A DNA stretch of 64,000 bases from contig OZ241329.1 of the NCBI GenBank assembly GCA_965199825.1, positions 1,408,001 through 1,472,000 on the forward strand, given 5' to 3'. Origin of the DNA: Bdellovibrionales bacterium. Its GTDB lineage: Bacteria > Bdellovibrionota > Bdellovibrionia > Bdellovibrionales > UBA1609. Positions within the stretch are counted from its first letter, which is position 1. Each line of letters begins with the position of its first letter. The notes under the pieces were generated by a model that was not told the origin of the DNA, did not search any database, and saw nothing but the letters and a program-made list of their open reading frames with translations. Of this stretch, positions 50,451 through 60,778 are shown one piece after another. The translations under genes were made by a program, and so were the position numbers.

Positions 50451-51098
50451 TCAAACCGTTTTTGGCACCACCCCTTTTTGGGGGCAGTACGGGTTGAGAA
50501 AGCACTCCGAACACAGCGGCTTTCTGGCTTTACAGATTTTTCGGCCATGGTCGATCAGCCAGTGTGAGAAATTGACCCAATCTTTTTGTGGCACAAATTT
50601 GATCAGATCCTTTTCGATCTGTATGGGATTGTCCGATCGAGTAAGACCGAGCCTGTAACTCAATCGCCCCACGTGGGTATCGACCGCAATGCCGGTCATC
50701 AGGCCGTACGCATTTCCAAGAACAACATTGGCGGTTTTTCTACCCACGCCGCGGAGTTGACAGCACGCCACCATATCCCTAGGAACTTTCCCACCAAATT
50801 TTTCGACAAGTTCTTTGCTCGTGTGAATTAGACTTTTGGCTTTTGCCCGAAAAAAGCCGGTGGACCGAATGACCTCTTCAAGTTCAGCGGGTTCGGCCAA
50901 CGCCATCGCAAAAGCATCGGGATATTTTTTAAACAACGATTTGGTCACGATATTGACACGCTCATCGGTACATTGAGCAGATAAGATGGTCGCGAATAGC
51001 AGTTCCTCTGGCGTGTTGAAATCTAAAGCGCTCTTAGAGTACGGATAATTTTTTGGCAGAAATTCTAAAATTGCCTGAATGCGTTCGTTTTTTTTCAT
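50451..51098 (-). CDS. nth: Endonuclease III
   Basis: LSAQCTDERVN, GVGRKTANVV, AVDTHV, C-x6-C-x2-C-x5-C. Confidence 0.97.
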   Translation of the reverse strand: MKKNERIQAILEFLPKNYPYSKSALDFNTPEELLFATILSAQCTDERVNIVTKSLFKKYPDAFAMALAEPAELEEVIRSTGFFRAKAKSLIHTSKELVEKFGGKVPRDMVACCQLRGVGRKTANVVLGNAYGLMTGIAVDTHVGRLSYRLGLTRSDNPIQIEKDLIKFVPQKDWVNFSHWLIDHGRKICKARKPLCSECFLNPYCPQKGVVPKTV

Positions 51099-51166
51099 CA
51101 GCCTGTCGTTGGTCGGGATTTACAAAGAAACTTATTAAAATTCTCAATGCCCTTCTACAATAAATT

Positions 51167-52261
51167 ATGGATGGACCTCGCGCTCCTCAAGAAACCGAAT
51201 GGCCCCGAGTTGTTGACTTTCTTAATTCATCTTTAAGAAAGGGACTTTCGTGGTCGATTACCGATGAATATCCATTGGCCCTTCACCCATCAAATTTATT
51301 TAATGTCCGCATCATTACCGATGATCAAAAAATACTCTCGCATGCGGTGCTTAAATATATTTTGATTAAAACACCCATCGGTTTTTTTAAGGTGGCAGCC
51401 ATTGGCAGTGTTGTCACCTCGGAAGCCCACCGTGGGCAAGGTTTATCTCAAGCCATTTTGGATGATTGTATAAAGGCCGCAACCACTGCGGGTTGTGACT
51501 TTGCGGTGTTATGGACAGATCTGTTTGAATTTTATCGAAAGCTTGGATTTGAACTTGCGGGTCGAGAGGTCAGTCTTGTTCTTGATAAAAGTTTAAATTT
51601 ACCAAACAAGCCAGCTTTAAAAATTTTAGAATCTACTCAAGTTTCGGTCGATGCATTGATGCGTCTTTATGCCCAACACACAGTGGGCAGCATTCGCACA
51701 GCTGAGGATCTAAAAAAAAATCTGACAATACCTGGTTCGCGACTATTTACTGCCTGGGACGAAAATAATATTTTGCAGGCCTATGCTGTAGAGGGCAAAG
51801 GCGTGGATCTAAAAAATTACATTCACGAGTGGGGTGGTGGAGTCTCAAAACTTTTACCGCTGTTTGAACATATTCGGCAATTGCTCGGTGGTAAAATCAC
51901 AATCCTTGCTCCGGCCCATGCTACAAATTTGCTCAACAAAATGAAGGAGCAAAATGTTTTTAGGCATGATGGTTATTTGGGAATGCTTAAAATTCTGCAC
52001 CAGGATAATCTGATCGCAAAAGTAAAGCGCTATGCGCGCTCAAAGGGATTTGAAGATTTGGTTCTTGAGATTACTGATAAGGGATTAAAATTGGGCAGTA
52101 AAACATCAACCATGTTGCTACCAAATTGTCGCGACTGGACCAGGCTTTATTTTGGTCCCTTTGATACAAAAGATGTCGCTGGTCTTGATGCGGTCACATT
52201 AAATATTTTGGCTCAGATTTTTCCAATTCCTATGTGGATTTGGGGTTGGGATTCCGTTTGA
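51167..52261 (+). CDS. GNAT N-acetyltransferase (Eis-like)
   Basis: IGSVVTSEAHRGQG, FYRKLGF. Confidence 0.85.
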   Translation: MDGPRAPQETEWPRVVDFLNSSLRKGLSWSITDEYPLALHPSNLFNVRIITDDQKILSHAVLKYILIKTPIGFFKVAAIGSVVTSEAHRGQGLSQAILDDCIKAATTAGCDFAVLWTDLFEFYRKLGFELAGREVSLVLDKSLNLPNKPALKILESTQVSVDALMRLYAQHTVGSIRTAEDLKKNLTIPGSRLFTAWDENNILQAYAVEGKGVDLKNYIHEWGGGVSKLLPLFEHIRQLLGGKITILAPAHATNLLNKMKEQNVFRHDGYLGMLKILHQDNLIAKVKRYARSKGFEDLVLEITDKGLKLGSKTSTMLLPNCRDWTRLYFGPFDTKDVAGLDAVTLNILAQIFPIPMWIWGWDSV

Positions 52262-52854
52262 AGTGGCTGGTGTTTTTAAGTGTATTTATTTGTGCATGCG
52301 GCAGTGGTCGAGCACCCAAGTTGAATACTCAGCAAAGATCTTTGCTTGGTCCGGCTGTAAGAGCCCAAGAAATTGAAGTGCCCATTGAGTATCATGTGGG
52401 AGATGTTGCAAAGTTTGAAATCACCAAACAGGTTGAAGGCCAACCTGAAGAAAGTATCGAAAAACGAACCATCGAAATTTTGAGTGTGAGTAAAGACCAA
52501 CTTGTTGTGCATCTCTTGATAACCAAAGAACGGATGATCCGAGGACAGCTCGATGTCTTAAGCTTTGAGACCAAAAAAATTAGAATGAGCACAGAGCAAA
52601 GGACTTATCACAATTTAAATCGAACCGAAATTACTTCGGACATGGATGTGTGTCGAGGTTGCTCAGCTGTAGAGATGCACTACACCACGGCTAAATGGTT
52701 TGATCACGAAAGTTACGAAAAGAGTGATTGGCACGTGATAGTCGCCAATGAACTTCCTTCGTTCGCAAGACAGCTTTTGAGTTGTCAAACTCGTGAGATT
52801 GATTCGAAGCCCACGAGGCAATGCCAAAAGCTGATCAGCTTTCACGCGGCTTAA
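52234..52854 (+). CDS. Hypothetical lipoprotein
   Basis: Lipobox-like FICAC; start uncertain. Confidence 0.6.
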   Translation: MDLGLGFRLKWLVFLSVFICACGSGRAPKLNTQQRSLLGPAVRAQEIEVPIEYHVGDVAKFEITKQVEGQPEESIEKRTIEILSVSKDQLVVHLLITKERMIRGQLDVLSFETKKIRMSTEQRTYHNLNRTEITSDMDVCRGCSAVEMHYTTAKWFDHESYEKSDWHVIVANELPSFARQLLSCQTREIDSKPTRQCQKLISFHAA

Positions 52855-53500
52855 ATAATTTTTTTTTGTGTTCAGGATTAAACCAGAGTTTTTTAAATAG
52901 GTTTTTTTCCTGGTCTATTGTGTTGAGCCGAGCGGTTGTTGGATGTTGTTCAAGCCAAGAGCAAGCGCGATCAGAAATAACATTCTCTGGTAAAATCTGA
53001 TCCACAAGTCCGATATGTTGAGCTTCATAAGCATCAAAAGTTCGCGCCGAGGAAAGAAGCTCGATCGTTTTCACATTTGTTAATCGTTCAGTAAGCCTTT
53101 GCCCTCCACCCCAACCAGGCGAGAGTCCCACGCGCCGTTGCCAAAGACCAAAAAAGGCATGAGGCACACTGTAGATTTGATCAAAACAACTGATCAATTC
53201 GATGCCTCCACCAAAGCAGTCGCCGGTGATCACACAAACTTTTGGTTTATTTAAATTTTTAAGCTGTTTTAGTATTTTTGCGATTTCAGCATTGAGCAAA
53301 AGACCTTGGCTTTTTGTTTTTAAAGACGAATAGGCTTTAAGATCGCCACCGGCGCAAAATGTTTTTTGTCCAATTTCTCCGCTCAATAACAAACCTGAAT
53401 AGTTTTTTTGATGGATTGATTTCAACAAAAAACGAGCATCTTCAATACCAAAACTTGAGCCTCGTTCTGGATTGGAGAATTTAAAATGCAAAACACTCAC
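52835..53500 (-). CDS. Enoyl-CoA hydratase/isomerase family protein
   Basis: FCAGGDL, GDCFGGGIEL, PGWGGGQRL, EAQHIGLVD. Confidence 0.9.
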   Translation of the reverse strand: MSVLHFKFSNPERGSSFGIEDARFLLKSIHQKNYSGLLLSGEIGQKTFCAGGDLKAYSSLKTKSQGLLLNAEIAKILKQLKNLNKPKVCVITGDCFGGGIELISCFDQIYSVPHAFFGLWQRRVGLSPGWGGGQRLTERLTNVKTIELLSSARTFDAYEAQHIGLVDQILPENVISDRACSWLEQHPTTARLNTIDQEKNLFKKLWFNPEHKKKLFKPRES

Positions 53501-54183
53501 AGTTTTTCCATCAATTGGCGATAGATGTCTGAGCTTTTAACAAACTTCATTCCCACACCTGGGCCACCGGAATACATTCCTTTTCGGGTGACCCAGATGA
53601 CTCGAGCATTGAGCGAGTAGGTTCGACCATTTTTCATATCCAGCTGAAGGCGAACAAGATCGCCAATTCCCATTCCGGCAGGTTTTTCTTTAAATTCAAA
53701 ATATGCTCCGCCCTTTGAGAGGTTAAACATTTTTGATGTAAAGGTTGTGCCTAGAGACAGGTCTTCAATCTCGGCCTCTTGCACAGTATCGAATCTTCTA
53801 AATTGCTGCTGATGGAGTGAGCGTTGAACCACAATTTTTCGTGTTATCCCGCAAAGTCCGTTTTCGGTAAATGGTTTTTCGAGCAGATGCATTTTGTGCT
53901 TTTCGATCTGTTCGCGAAAAGGCTCAAGCTGTTCGGGTTGGCTTAAGATCAACATCGGTACCGAAAATCCGACACCACGGAGTTCTCTTAAAAATTGAAT
54001 GTCATCTAGGGAAAATTGATCGACGTCATAAATAAGGGCATGAATGGATCTTGAACTTAACAGATCTTCGGTGTCTCGAGCAGTAAACGAAATCAGAACC
54101 TCGTAGGGCAGTGATTTTTCCAGTTGTGTTTTGATTTGAGACGAAAACTCTACCGATTTGGAATGAAGAACAACTTTTAACAT
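53497..54183 (-). CDS. Atypical receiver domain plus PilZ domain protein
   Basis: LIYD, ILS, EKPF (receiver); RRF, NLSKGG, ARVIW, GVGMKF (PilZ). Confidence 0.8.
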   Translation of the reverse strand: MLKVVLHSKSVEFSSQIKTQLEKSLPYEVLISFTARDTEDLLSSRSIHALIYDVDQFSLDDIQFLRELRGVGFSVPMLILSQPEQLEPFREQIEKHKMHLLEKPFTENGLCGITRKIVVQRSLHQQQFRRFDTVQEAEIEDLSLGTTFTSKMFNLSKGGAYFEFKEKPAGMGIGDLVRLQLDMKNGRTYSLNARVIWVTRKGMYSGGPGVGMKFVKSSDIYRQLMEKL

Positions 54184-54232
54184 AACCTTCCCCCGATAAG
54201 ACTTATCGGAGGAAAGTCCTGAAATATTGATG

Positions 54233-55366
54233 CTATTTTTTGGCGTAAGTGAGGCCGGATTTTCCAACCCATTTGCCACGTGGGCGATAAATACGATTGT
54301 TTTGCCATTGCTCAAAAATATGGGCAAGCCAACCGCTCACTCTTGAGACAGCAAAAATAGGAGTAAAAAGATCGATTGGAATTCCCATGCTGTAATAAAC
54401 GGTGGCCGAATAAAAATCGACATTTGGAAGCAGGCCTTTTTCACTTTGAACCACGTCGTCGATCATTTTTGACATTTGATACCAATGGGCCATTCCGGTT
54501 TTGGCTGTCAGCTGCTCGCTCATTTGGCTTAAGATCTTGGCTCGAGGATCACCGTTTTTGTAAACACGATGTCCAAAGCCCATCACTTTTTTCTTGTTAT
54601 CAAGAGCGTCTTTAATAAATTTTTTGCAGTTTTCGATATTGCCAATATCAAGCAGCATCAACATCACTTGCTCGTTTGCACCACCATGAAGTGGGCCTTT
54701 AAGAGCACTGATTGCCGACACGACCGAGGAGTAAACATCGCTCAATGAAGATGCGGTCACTCGTGCGGCAAAGGCTGAACAATTCAATTCATGATCGGCA
54801 TGAAGAATCAAAGCGGTGTCCATCACCTTTACAAAGTCTGAATCAGGCTCTTTACCAAACAGGGTCCATAAAAAATTATAAGCGATGCTCTGTCCAGATT
54901 TTGGCGAGATAAGGGGTTGGCCTTTGCGTGTGCGCTCAAAGACGCTGACTAAAGTCCCCATCTGCGCGGTCAATCGAATAGCCACACGTTTTTTAGCATC
55001 GGCATCATCAGACTGTGCTTCTGAATCAAAATGCGCGAGTGCCGAAACCGCAGTCCGCATCCAAGCCATGGGATGAACATCTTTTGTAGGGAGTGCTTGC
55101 AAAACTTTAACAGCAGCAGCTGGCAAAGTGATCGACTCACTCAAGGTTGTTTTAAATGTTTGAAGTTCTGTGCTCGAAGGTAGGCGGTCGTTCCACAACA
55201 AATAAATCACTTCTTCAAATGTTGCATGAGCAGCTAAGTCTTCGATGGTGTAACCGCGATAACACAATGTTGTGTCCATGATTGATGAGATGCCTGTCGA
55301 ACATGCGACGACCCCTTCTAATCCTTTATCAATTGCGCCAAAATATTCTGGAATTGCTTCTGCCAT
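54233..55366 (-). CDS. Citrate synthase / 2-methylcitrate synthase
   Basis: KGLEGV, HADHELN, GPLHGGANE, MGFGHRVYK..DPR, PNVDFYS. Confidence 0.95.
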   Translation of the reverse strand: MAEAIPEYFGAIDKGLEGVVACSTGISSIMDTTLCYRGYTIEDLAAHATFEEVIYLLWNDRLPSSTELQTFKTTLSESITLPAAAVKVLQALPTKDVHPMAWMRTAVSALAHFDSEAQSDDADAKKRVAIRLTAQMGTLVSVFERTRKGQPLISPKSGQSIAYNFLWTLFGKEPDSDFVKVMDTALILHADHELNCSAFAARVTASSLSDVYSSVVSAISALKGPLHGGANEQVMLMLLDIGNIENCKKFIKDALDNKKKVMGFGHRVYKNGDPRAKILSQMSEQLTAKTGMAHWYQMSKMIDDVVQSEKGLLPNVDFYSATVYYSMGIPIDLFTPIFAVSRVSGWLAHIFEQWQNNRIYRPRGKWVGKSGLTYAKK

Positions 55367-55451
55367 GGGTGTTCCTTTTTGATGGTGATTTCAAAATCAT
55401 AACACCGGCTCAATCGCTGCGCAATCCATCCAGACTGAACTCGAATCGAGT

Positions 55452-56345
55452 TTATTTTTTTGCGAGTTTTATCACTCGATCTTTGACTTCAAGTACGACC
55501 AACGTCAGGTCACGCTTGAGCTCTTGGTTGCCACCATACTTTTGTGCTGTGAAGACAATATGGTTTCTGAGTTGATGTACGCCATCACGTGGCCCACGCA
55601 GCACTGTTTTTACCAAACGTTCGATACCAAATGATTCACCTTTTGCATTGGTAATGTCGGTTAATCCCGTTGTACAAAAAATCAAACGGTCGCGAGGATT
55701 AAGTGAGACAATTTGCGATTGAAGCTTTGCTTGAAAGTTTGCGGTGAACTTAGGGGTTTGACCTTCGAGAGTTCGCACAACTCCTGTTTGGGCGTCTTGA
55801 TGAAGTGCAATCACATCACCTGTCCGACAAATTGCCATGTCATATCGCCGACGATCCATAACCGCATAAAGAACACTTGCTGCCGCATCACCCTCAATAT
55901 TTGGGACAAGTTCTTGAGCAAATTTTGAAAGGACCACATGAGGCTCTGCACCTTTTCGTGCTTCCATTTGGCCAGTTAATTTTAGTAACACCGACAAAAA
56001 TAAAGCCGACATCGCGTGACCAGAACTGCTCGCCACAACAATTCCGAATCGCAATCGATCATCGTGTTCGAAAATATCAAAGTAATCCCCGCCGGAGATC
56101 ATTGATGGAATAAATTGAGTGCTAAATTCAAACCCAGGAATATTTGAAAACTCTGTGGGTAATAAAAGTTTCTGAATAAGGTGCGCGGATTTAAGCTCTT
56201 GCGAAATTTGATCGATCAAACGTTCAAGTTTAGCATTCGCTTTGGTGAGTTCGGTTCGGTATTGAGCCAAGTCACTTTCGCGTTCGGACAATTCGATTTC
56301 TAATTCTTCAATGCGGGCGCGCATGCGGATGGGATCGTCTTCCAT
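55452..56345 (-). CDS. Coiled-coil plus SpoIIE/PP2C-like domain protein (degenerate active site)
   Basis: ELKSAHLIQKLLLP, GGDYFD, GESFGIERL. Confidence 0.85.
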   Translation of the reverse strand: MEDDPIRMRARIEELEIELSERESDLAQYRTELTKANAKLERLIDQISQELKSAHLIQKLLLPTEFSNIPGFEFSTQFIPSMISGGDYFDIFEHDDRLRFGIVVASSSGHAMSALFLSVLLKLTGQMEARKGAEPHVVLSKFAQELVPNIEGDAAASVLYAVMDRRRYDMAICRTGDVIALHQDAQTGVVRTLEGQTPKFTANFQAKLQSQIVSLNPRDRLIFCTTGLTDITNAKGESFGIERLVKTVLRGPRDGVHQLRNHIVFTAQKYGGNQELKRDLTLVVLEVKDRVIKLAKK

Positions 56346-56412
56346 AGCGGCGATGATAGCTGCTGCGCATTGCAATAGATAGTTGAAATAATTACACGTA
56401 TAGTCTAACTCT

Positions 56413-57276
56413 TTGATTATGCATCTAGAAAGCCGAATGACCTGGGAAAAACTGGCCATCGAGCTTGAGCTCATGACGAAAGAAGATCCGATCAGTTTGG
56501 TTCCTGTTTTGATCGGTCTGAATTCGTTATTGGAAACTCAAGATTGCCAGGACTGGTGTGTTCGCCAAGTCAATTTTATGAGTTTCGAATTGCAATCGCG
56601 AGCGGTCACCTTAAGCGAATTCGAGCGATTTGAATTGCTCAACCAATATCTGTTTCGCGAAAAAGCTTTTCAAATTGTGGACGGTTTTACCCACCAAGAT
56701 GATTTACTGGTTAAAAGTGTTTTGGATAATAAAAAAGGTTCGGCGGTCATCATCGCTCTCCTTTACTTGCATTTCGCAACCGAACTCGATTTGCCAGTTC
56801 ATCTGCTGCAAATCAACCAGCACTTTATGTTAAAGTGGGTTCGCGGAGGTCGAGCAAGTTTTGTTGATCTTGGCAATCAAGGCGCTTTACTGGGCGAAAG
56901 CGAAATGCTTGGATTACTCAATCGCTCGCATGCCGCAGATCCTCGTTTAGAACTTTTAGAATCGTGGAAATCCCATGAAGTGGTTCGGAGTTATGTGCAA
57001 GAGTTGATAAAGATGTTTGAAAAGGAGAGGTTTATTAAAGGAATCCACACCTGTCTCAATGTGCTGATACAGCTTGAACCTACCAATTTGCATTTTTTGA
57101 GTCGGCGAGCATTGCTCAGACAAAAAATGGGAATGATTAAAGAAGCGATGTCAGACCTTAAACGGTTTTTTTCATTTGTAGAGCAATCACGAGCGCCGCA
57201 TGAAATTCAGGTGGCTTTTTTTGAGTTGCAAGCTTTGCTCGACGAAACACCTTCACTGAGCGACACTGTTCATTAA
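56413..57276 (+). CDS. SirB1/transglutaminase-like protein with C-terminal TPR
   Basis: LNQYLF, SVLDNKKG, LYLHFA, HFMLK, TPR-like AMSDLKRF. Confidence 0.8.
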   Translation: MIMHLESRMTWEKLAIELELMTKEDPISLVPVLIGLNSLLETQDCQDWCVRQVNFMSFELQSRAVTLSEFERFELLNQYLFREKAFQIVDGFTHQDDLLVKSVLDNKKGSAVIIALLYLHFATELDLPVHLLQINQHFMLKWVRGGRASFVDLGNQGALLGESEMLGLLNRSHAADPRLELLESWKSHEVVRSYVQELIKMFEKERFIKGIHTCLNVLIQLEPTNLHFLSRRALLRQKMGMIKEAMSDLKRFFSFVEQSRAPHEIQVAFFELQALLDETPSLSDTVH

Positions 57277-57614
57277 TGAAACTCCTATTTGTTTTTTTAT
57301 TTGTTGCACAGGTTTGTCAGGCGGTTCCCCGCGAGACCGCAAAAAACTCTCTAGACCAACGCTTTCAACCCATTATTATGGGCGCACTTGGCGGCACGGT
57401 TGTGGGCTTAAGCACTTTGCCTTTTTATGGTAGGCCCCAAGAGCGTTTAGGCAATGTGTTTTATGGTCTCGCCCTCGGCTTATTTATCGGCACAGGGTAT
57501 TCCATCGTTCACGCTGCCCAACGCGATTTTAATAAATATGGAGAGCAAGAAGTTCCAGAGCGTGATGCCTATGACAAAGGCCTCCAGATATTTTCATACA
57601 ATTTTAGTTTTTAA
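57276..57614 (+). CDS. Hypothetical membrane protein
   Basis: Signal peptide and Gly-rich TM segments. Confidence 0.65.
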   Translation: MKLLFVFLFVAQVCQAVPRETAKNSLDQRFQPIIMGALGGTVVGLSTLPFYGRPQERLGNVFYGLALGLFIGTGYSIVHAAQRDFNKYGEQEVPERDAYDKGLQIFSYNFSF

Positions 57615-58209
57615 TAAAAACATCGTAGCGTACCAGAGATCCGTAAACGGTATGTCGAGGCGGCCATGAAAGCTCCGGGCTTGATCTTGGTCTTTTGACC
57701 ACCACCTTTTTGATTTCACTTTTGAGAGCAAGCTCGATCAATTCGTCACCAGTGTTTTTGGGAACCAGGCGTTGCAGCAACTGAATTTCTTTTGAAGACA
57801 AAGCGGTTTTTTTTAAATCTGGAAACATAGGATCAAGATAAACCGCATCGAATGTGGGATCGAAGTAGTCTCTGGCATTGCCACACAAAACCTGTACCGA
57901 ACCTTTAAGACTAAGCAGTTGAGAATTAAAAAATCTGCGAAAGCCGTCATGGGTTAATTCAAAAATAATTTCTGATTTTTCAATCCCAGTTACCTCTGCA
58001 CCAAGGCCAGCTAAATAAAAACAGTCTTTTCCCCAGCCCAAAGTTGCGTCTAAGATTTTGTTACTTTTTTGAAAGGCCCGGGCCAATGGATCTTGCTTGG
58101 AAAATCCGCGTTTAAAGCGATACAAATTTTTTGAACTTAAAAAATCCACATTAAATGAGTTATCACCCTCATACAATTCCAACCGATCATCAACAAATCG
58201 CAGTTTCAA
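57604..58209 (-). CDS. rsmJ: 16S rRNA m2G1516 methyltransferase RsmJ-like
   Basis: LDATLGWGKD, VYLDPMFP, VVVKRP, RYDVF. Confidence 0.85.
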   Translation of the reverse strand: MKLRFVDDRLELYEGDNSFNVDFLSSKNLYRFKRGFSKQDPLARAFQKSNKILDATLGWGKDCFYLAGLGAEVTGIEKSEIIFELTHDGFRRFFNSQLLSLKGSVQVLCGNARDYFDPTFDAVYLDPMFPDLKKTALSSKEIQLLQRLVPKNTGDELIELALKSEIKKVVVKRPRSSPELSWPPRHTVYGSLVRYDVFIKN

Positions 58210-59286
58210 TCAAGTATCCAAATAAAGTGTGAGAACAAAAGCAGGTAAGCCCAGAGTAAGCCAAAATAAAAAATGGCGGGCAAGCCCAATACGGTTTGAA
58301 GACAGAGGCGAGCGCATGCGCCAAATCCGCTGACCAACCAAAAATGAAAATCCAATCAAGACAGTCACAGGAGCAAGCCAAAGAATCGGTTTTTGAAACC
58401 AATACGCAAACGAAATCCAAACCAAACAAAATGAGATAAGCTGAAATATCAAAAATGATTTTGCCTGATCAAAACCCAGTCGCGACAAAAAGGTGCCCGA
58501 GCGAACAAGGCCATCGGCAAATAAATTTTCAAAACTTTTAAATTGAAAAACCACCACCGCAAGCCATCCCCACAAAATTCCGAGATGAAAAACCTCGGGA
58601 GGTGCAGTGCCCGCAATGGCTAATGAAAAGGTTGAGGTCAACAAAGGGCCAAAACAGATAAAAATCAAAAAATCGCCTACGCCGTGATACTTCAATCCAA
58701 AATAGCGGTGGCAAAACCCGAGTATAGAAAGCGGAGCAAGGGGCGCCAACACCCAAACATAAAATGTTGAGGCCATAACAAGCGGGATACCCACCAAAAA
58801 TCCGGTTACAATCATCAAAGTCCCAAAGCTTTTTGCAAACTGAGCGGTAATAAAACCTTTTTCGATAATCTGACTGCCACGACGTGCGGAGACCGCATCA
58901 ATCCCGCGCAAATGATCTGAATAATCATTCAAAAAAAACACCGCAGAATGAAAAAACAAGATGGCAAAAATAGCATAGCCCACTTTTAGAAAAGAAAATC
59001 CTTGGTCATGAAAACTCAAAACAAAACAGGTGGAGATAATTGGATTGAGGCAAAGCGGCAAAAGATCGAGACGCGCCCCTTTTACAAAAATCTTTAAAAA
59101 TGAGGGCGTTTGTATTTTTAGTTTTTCGGTAAGCTCAAAGGTGAGTGTGGGATGGCCGCCTTCGCCGCGTGATAGTTCGGCTTGTCTTAAGGAAGGTACA
59201 AGGCGTGCACGAAGATTTAAATCAAAGGTACCCAAAAGATAAGACTCAAGCCGAGGATCATCTTTGTTTAATGTGATGTATTTCAT
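58210..59286 (-). CDS. menA: UbiA-family prenyltransferase (MenA-like)
   Basis: NDYSDHLRGID, LKYHGVGD, multiple TM helices. Confidence 0.8.
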   Translation of the reverse strand: MKYITLNKDDPRLESYLLGTFDLNLRARLVPSLRQAELSRGEGGHPTLTFELTEKLKIQTPSFLKIFVKGARLDLLPLCLNPIISTCFVLSFHDQGFSFLKVGYAIFAILFFHSAVFFLNDYSDHLRGIDAVSARRGSQIIEKGFITAQFAKSFGTLMIVTGFLVGIPLVMASTFYVWVLAPLAPLSILGFCHRYFGLKYHGVGDFLIFICFGPLLTSTFSLAIAGTAPPEVFHLGILWGWLAVVVFQFKSFENLFADGLVRSGTFLSRLGFDQAKSFLIFQLISFCLVWISFAYWFQKPILWLAPVTVLIGFSFLVGQRIWRMRSPLSSNRIGLARHFLFWLTLGLPAFVLTLYLDT

Positions 59287-60227
59287 TTTCGCCAATACAG
59301 CGGTGTAGGAAGCTGACTTAAATCTTTAATCAATGACTTTTGTTTATCTGGCAAAAGTAATTTTAAGTTTTCTAGATAATGAAAATAAAGATCAATCTGA
59401 TTTTGATTCATTTGATCAAACTCTTTGAGGTCTTTATCAAATTGCTCCTTGGTGAAAAATTCCAGAACCTCAGGGAGCGTGGTCAAAGTTCTAAATTTTT
59501 CGCGTTCAACAGGAGTGAGGTTTCTTGCCAAAAATGCGGCAAATGAATTGAGATATCCTGATTTTAAATCACCAAGAACCGCTTTTTTTTCAGAGTTTCG
59601 AATATCAAAATCAAGGAGATCATCTGAGCGCTGAAACAGGAGGCCAAGAATTCCGCCGAGCTCATCAAGCAAGCGGTAAAGTTCAGATTGAGATTGATCA
59701 AGACATAAAAACGGAGCCTTCAAGCACCACTTAAACAATGAAGCAGTTTTCAAATTGTGAACTTGATCCAACGTCTCAAGGCCAACTTCCCAATCATTGA
59801 TTAATGAGTCTTGAATCCATTCGCCTTCTAACAAATCAGAAATTATTTCGGCAGTGTATTGAATGAGTTTAAGATTTCCAAACCGCGAAAGATTCACCAT
59901 CACGCGCGCAAGCAAATAATCTCCTGCAAGCACAGCGTACTCGGGAGAGTATTTAAGCCAAGCCGCGGGCTTACTGCGCCTCAAAGGGGAGCGATCAACC
60001 AAATCATCATGGAGCAAAGAAGCATTATGGATAAATTCAATGGTTTGGCAAAGAAGTTGGGCTTGTGACGAAGTCAGATGAAGATGCCCACCCACCATTT
60101 GGATCAACTTTGACCGAAAGCCCTTACCCGATGAGAACAGATCATCATAAAGAGCGTTGAGCTTTGGAAGATAAGCCGGAAAGTCATCCTTACTGAAAAT
60201 TTTGAGTTCTTTGTACTTTTTCATCAA
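59283..60227 (-). CDS. Polyprenyl diphosphate synthase
   Basis: EFIHNASLLHDDLVD...RR, LAGDYL, KTASLF, FQRSDDLLD. Confidence 0.93.
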   Translation of the reverse strand: MMKKYKELKIFSKDDFPAYLPKLNALYDDLFSSGKGFRSKLIQMVGGHLHLTSSQAQLLCQTIEFIHNASLLHDDLVDRSPLRRSKPAAWLKYSPEYAVLAGDYLLARVMVNLSRFGNLKLIQYTAEIISDLLEGEWIQDSLINDWEVGLETLDQVHNLKTASLFKWCLKAPFLCLDQSQSELYRLLDELGGILGLLFQRSDDLLDFDIRNSEKKAVLGDLKSGYLNSFAAFLARNLTPVEREKFRTLTTLPEVLEFFTKEQFDKDLKEFDQMNQNQIDLYFHYLENLKLLLPDKQKSLIKDLSQLPTPLYWRK

Positions 60228-60248
60228 AGTTCAGTAACCTATCAAAGT

Positions 60249-60668
60249 ATGTTTAAGACCACAATCTTTGCCCATTTTGATCGCTGTGATCCCGCAGGAA
60301 TTTTATTCTACGGAAATTATGCAATCCTCGGTCATCAGGTTCTCGAACAATACATTCCGGCGCTAGGAATTTCTTGGTCTGAGTGGTTTGAGAATAAGAA
60401 TTTTGGTGTTCCGATCCGTAAACTTGATGTCGACTACTTGAGGTCCATTTTCGCTGGACGGCAATATGTGGCACTAGCCCAAGTTGGTACCGTTAAAAAT
60501 TCTTCGGTGGAATTTGTGGTAGAGTTTGCTGAGCCTGGCGGCGAAATTTGCGCGCGTATCAATTCGATCCATGTTTTTGTAGATCTCACCACAGCCAAAA
60601 AAATGATGATTCCTCCGCTCATTAAAGAGCTGTTACAAAAAGGCGTGCACGAAGGTAGTAAAGCTTAG
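60249..60668 (+). CDS. Hot-dog fold acyl-CoA thioesterase (4HBT-like)
   Basis: FDRCDPAGILFYGNY. Confidence 0.88.
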   Translation: MFKTTIFAHFDRCDPAGILFYGNYAILGHQVLEQYIPALGISWSEWFENKNFGVPIRKLDVDYLRSIFAGRQYVALAQVGTVKNSSVEFVVEFAEPGGEICARINSIHVFVDLTTAKKMMIPPLIKELLQKGVHEGSKA

Positions 60669-60778
60669 TCTCAATTTGATAAAGTGTGCTGATTTTTAAT
60701 AAGTGTCACAATCCTCTACATCTTAAGCTCCTTTAAAACTCCTGGCGGCTGGAATGTGCTTTGCGCTGTGAGTAGCAT

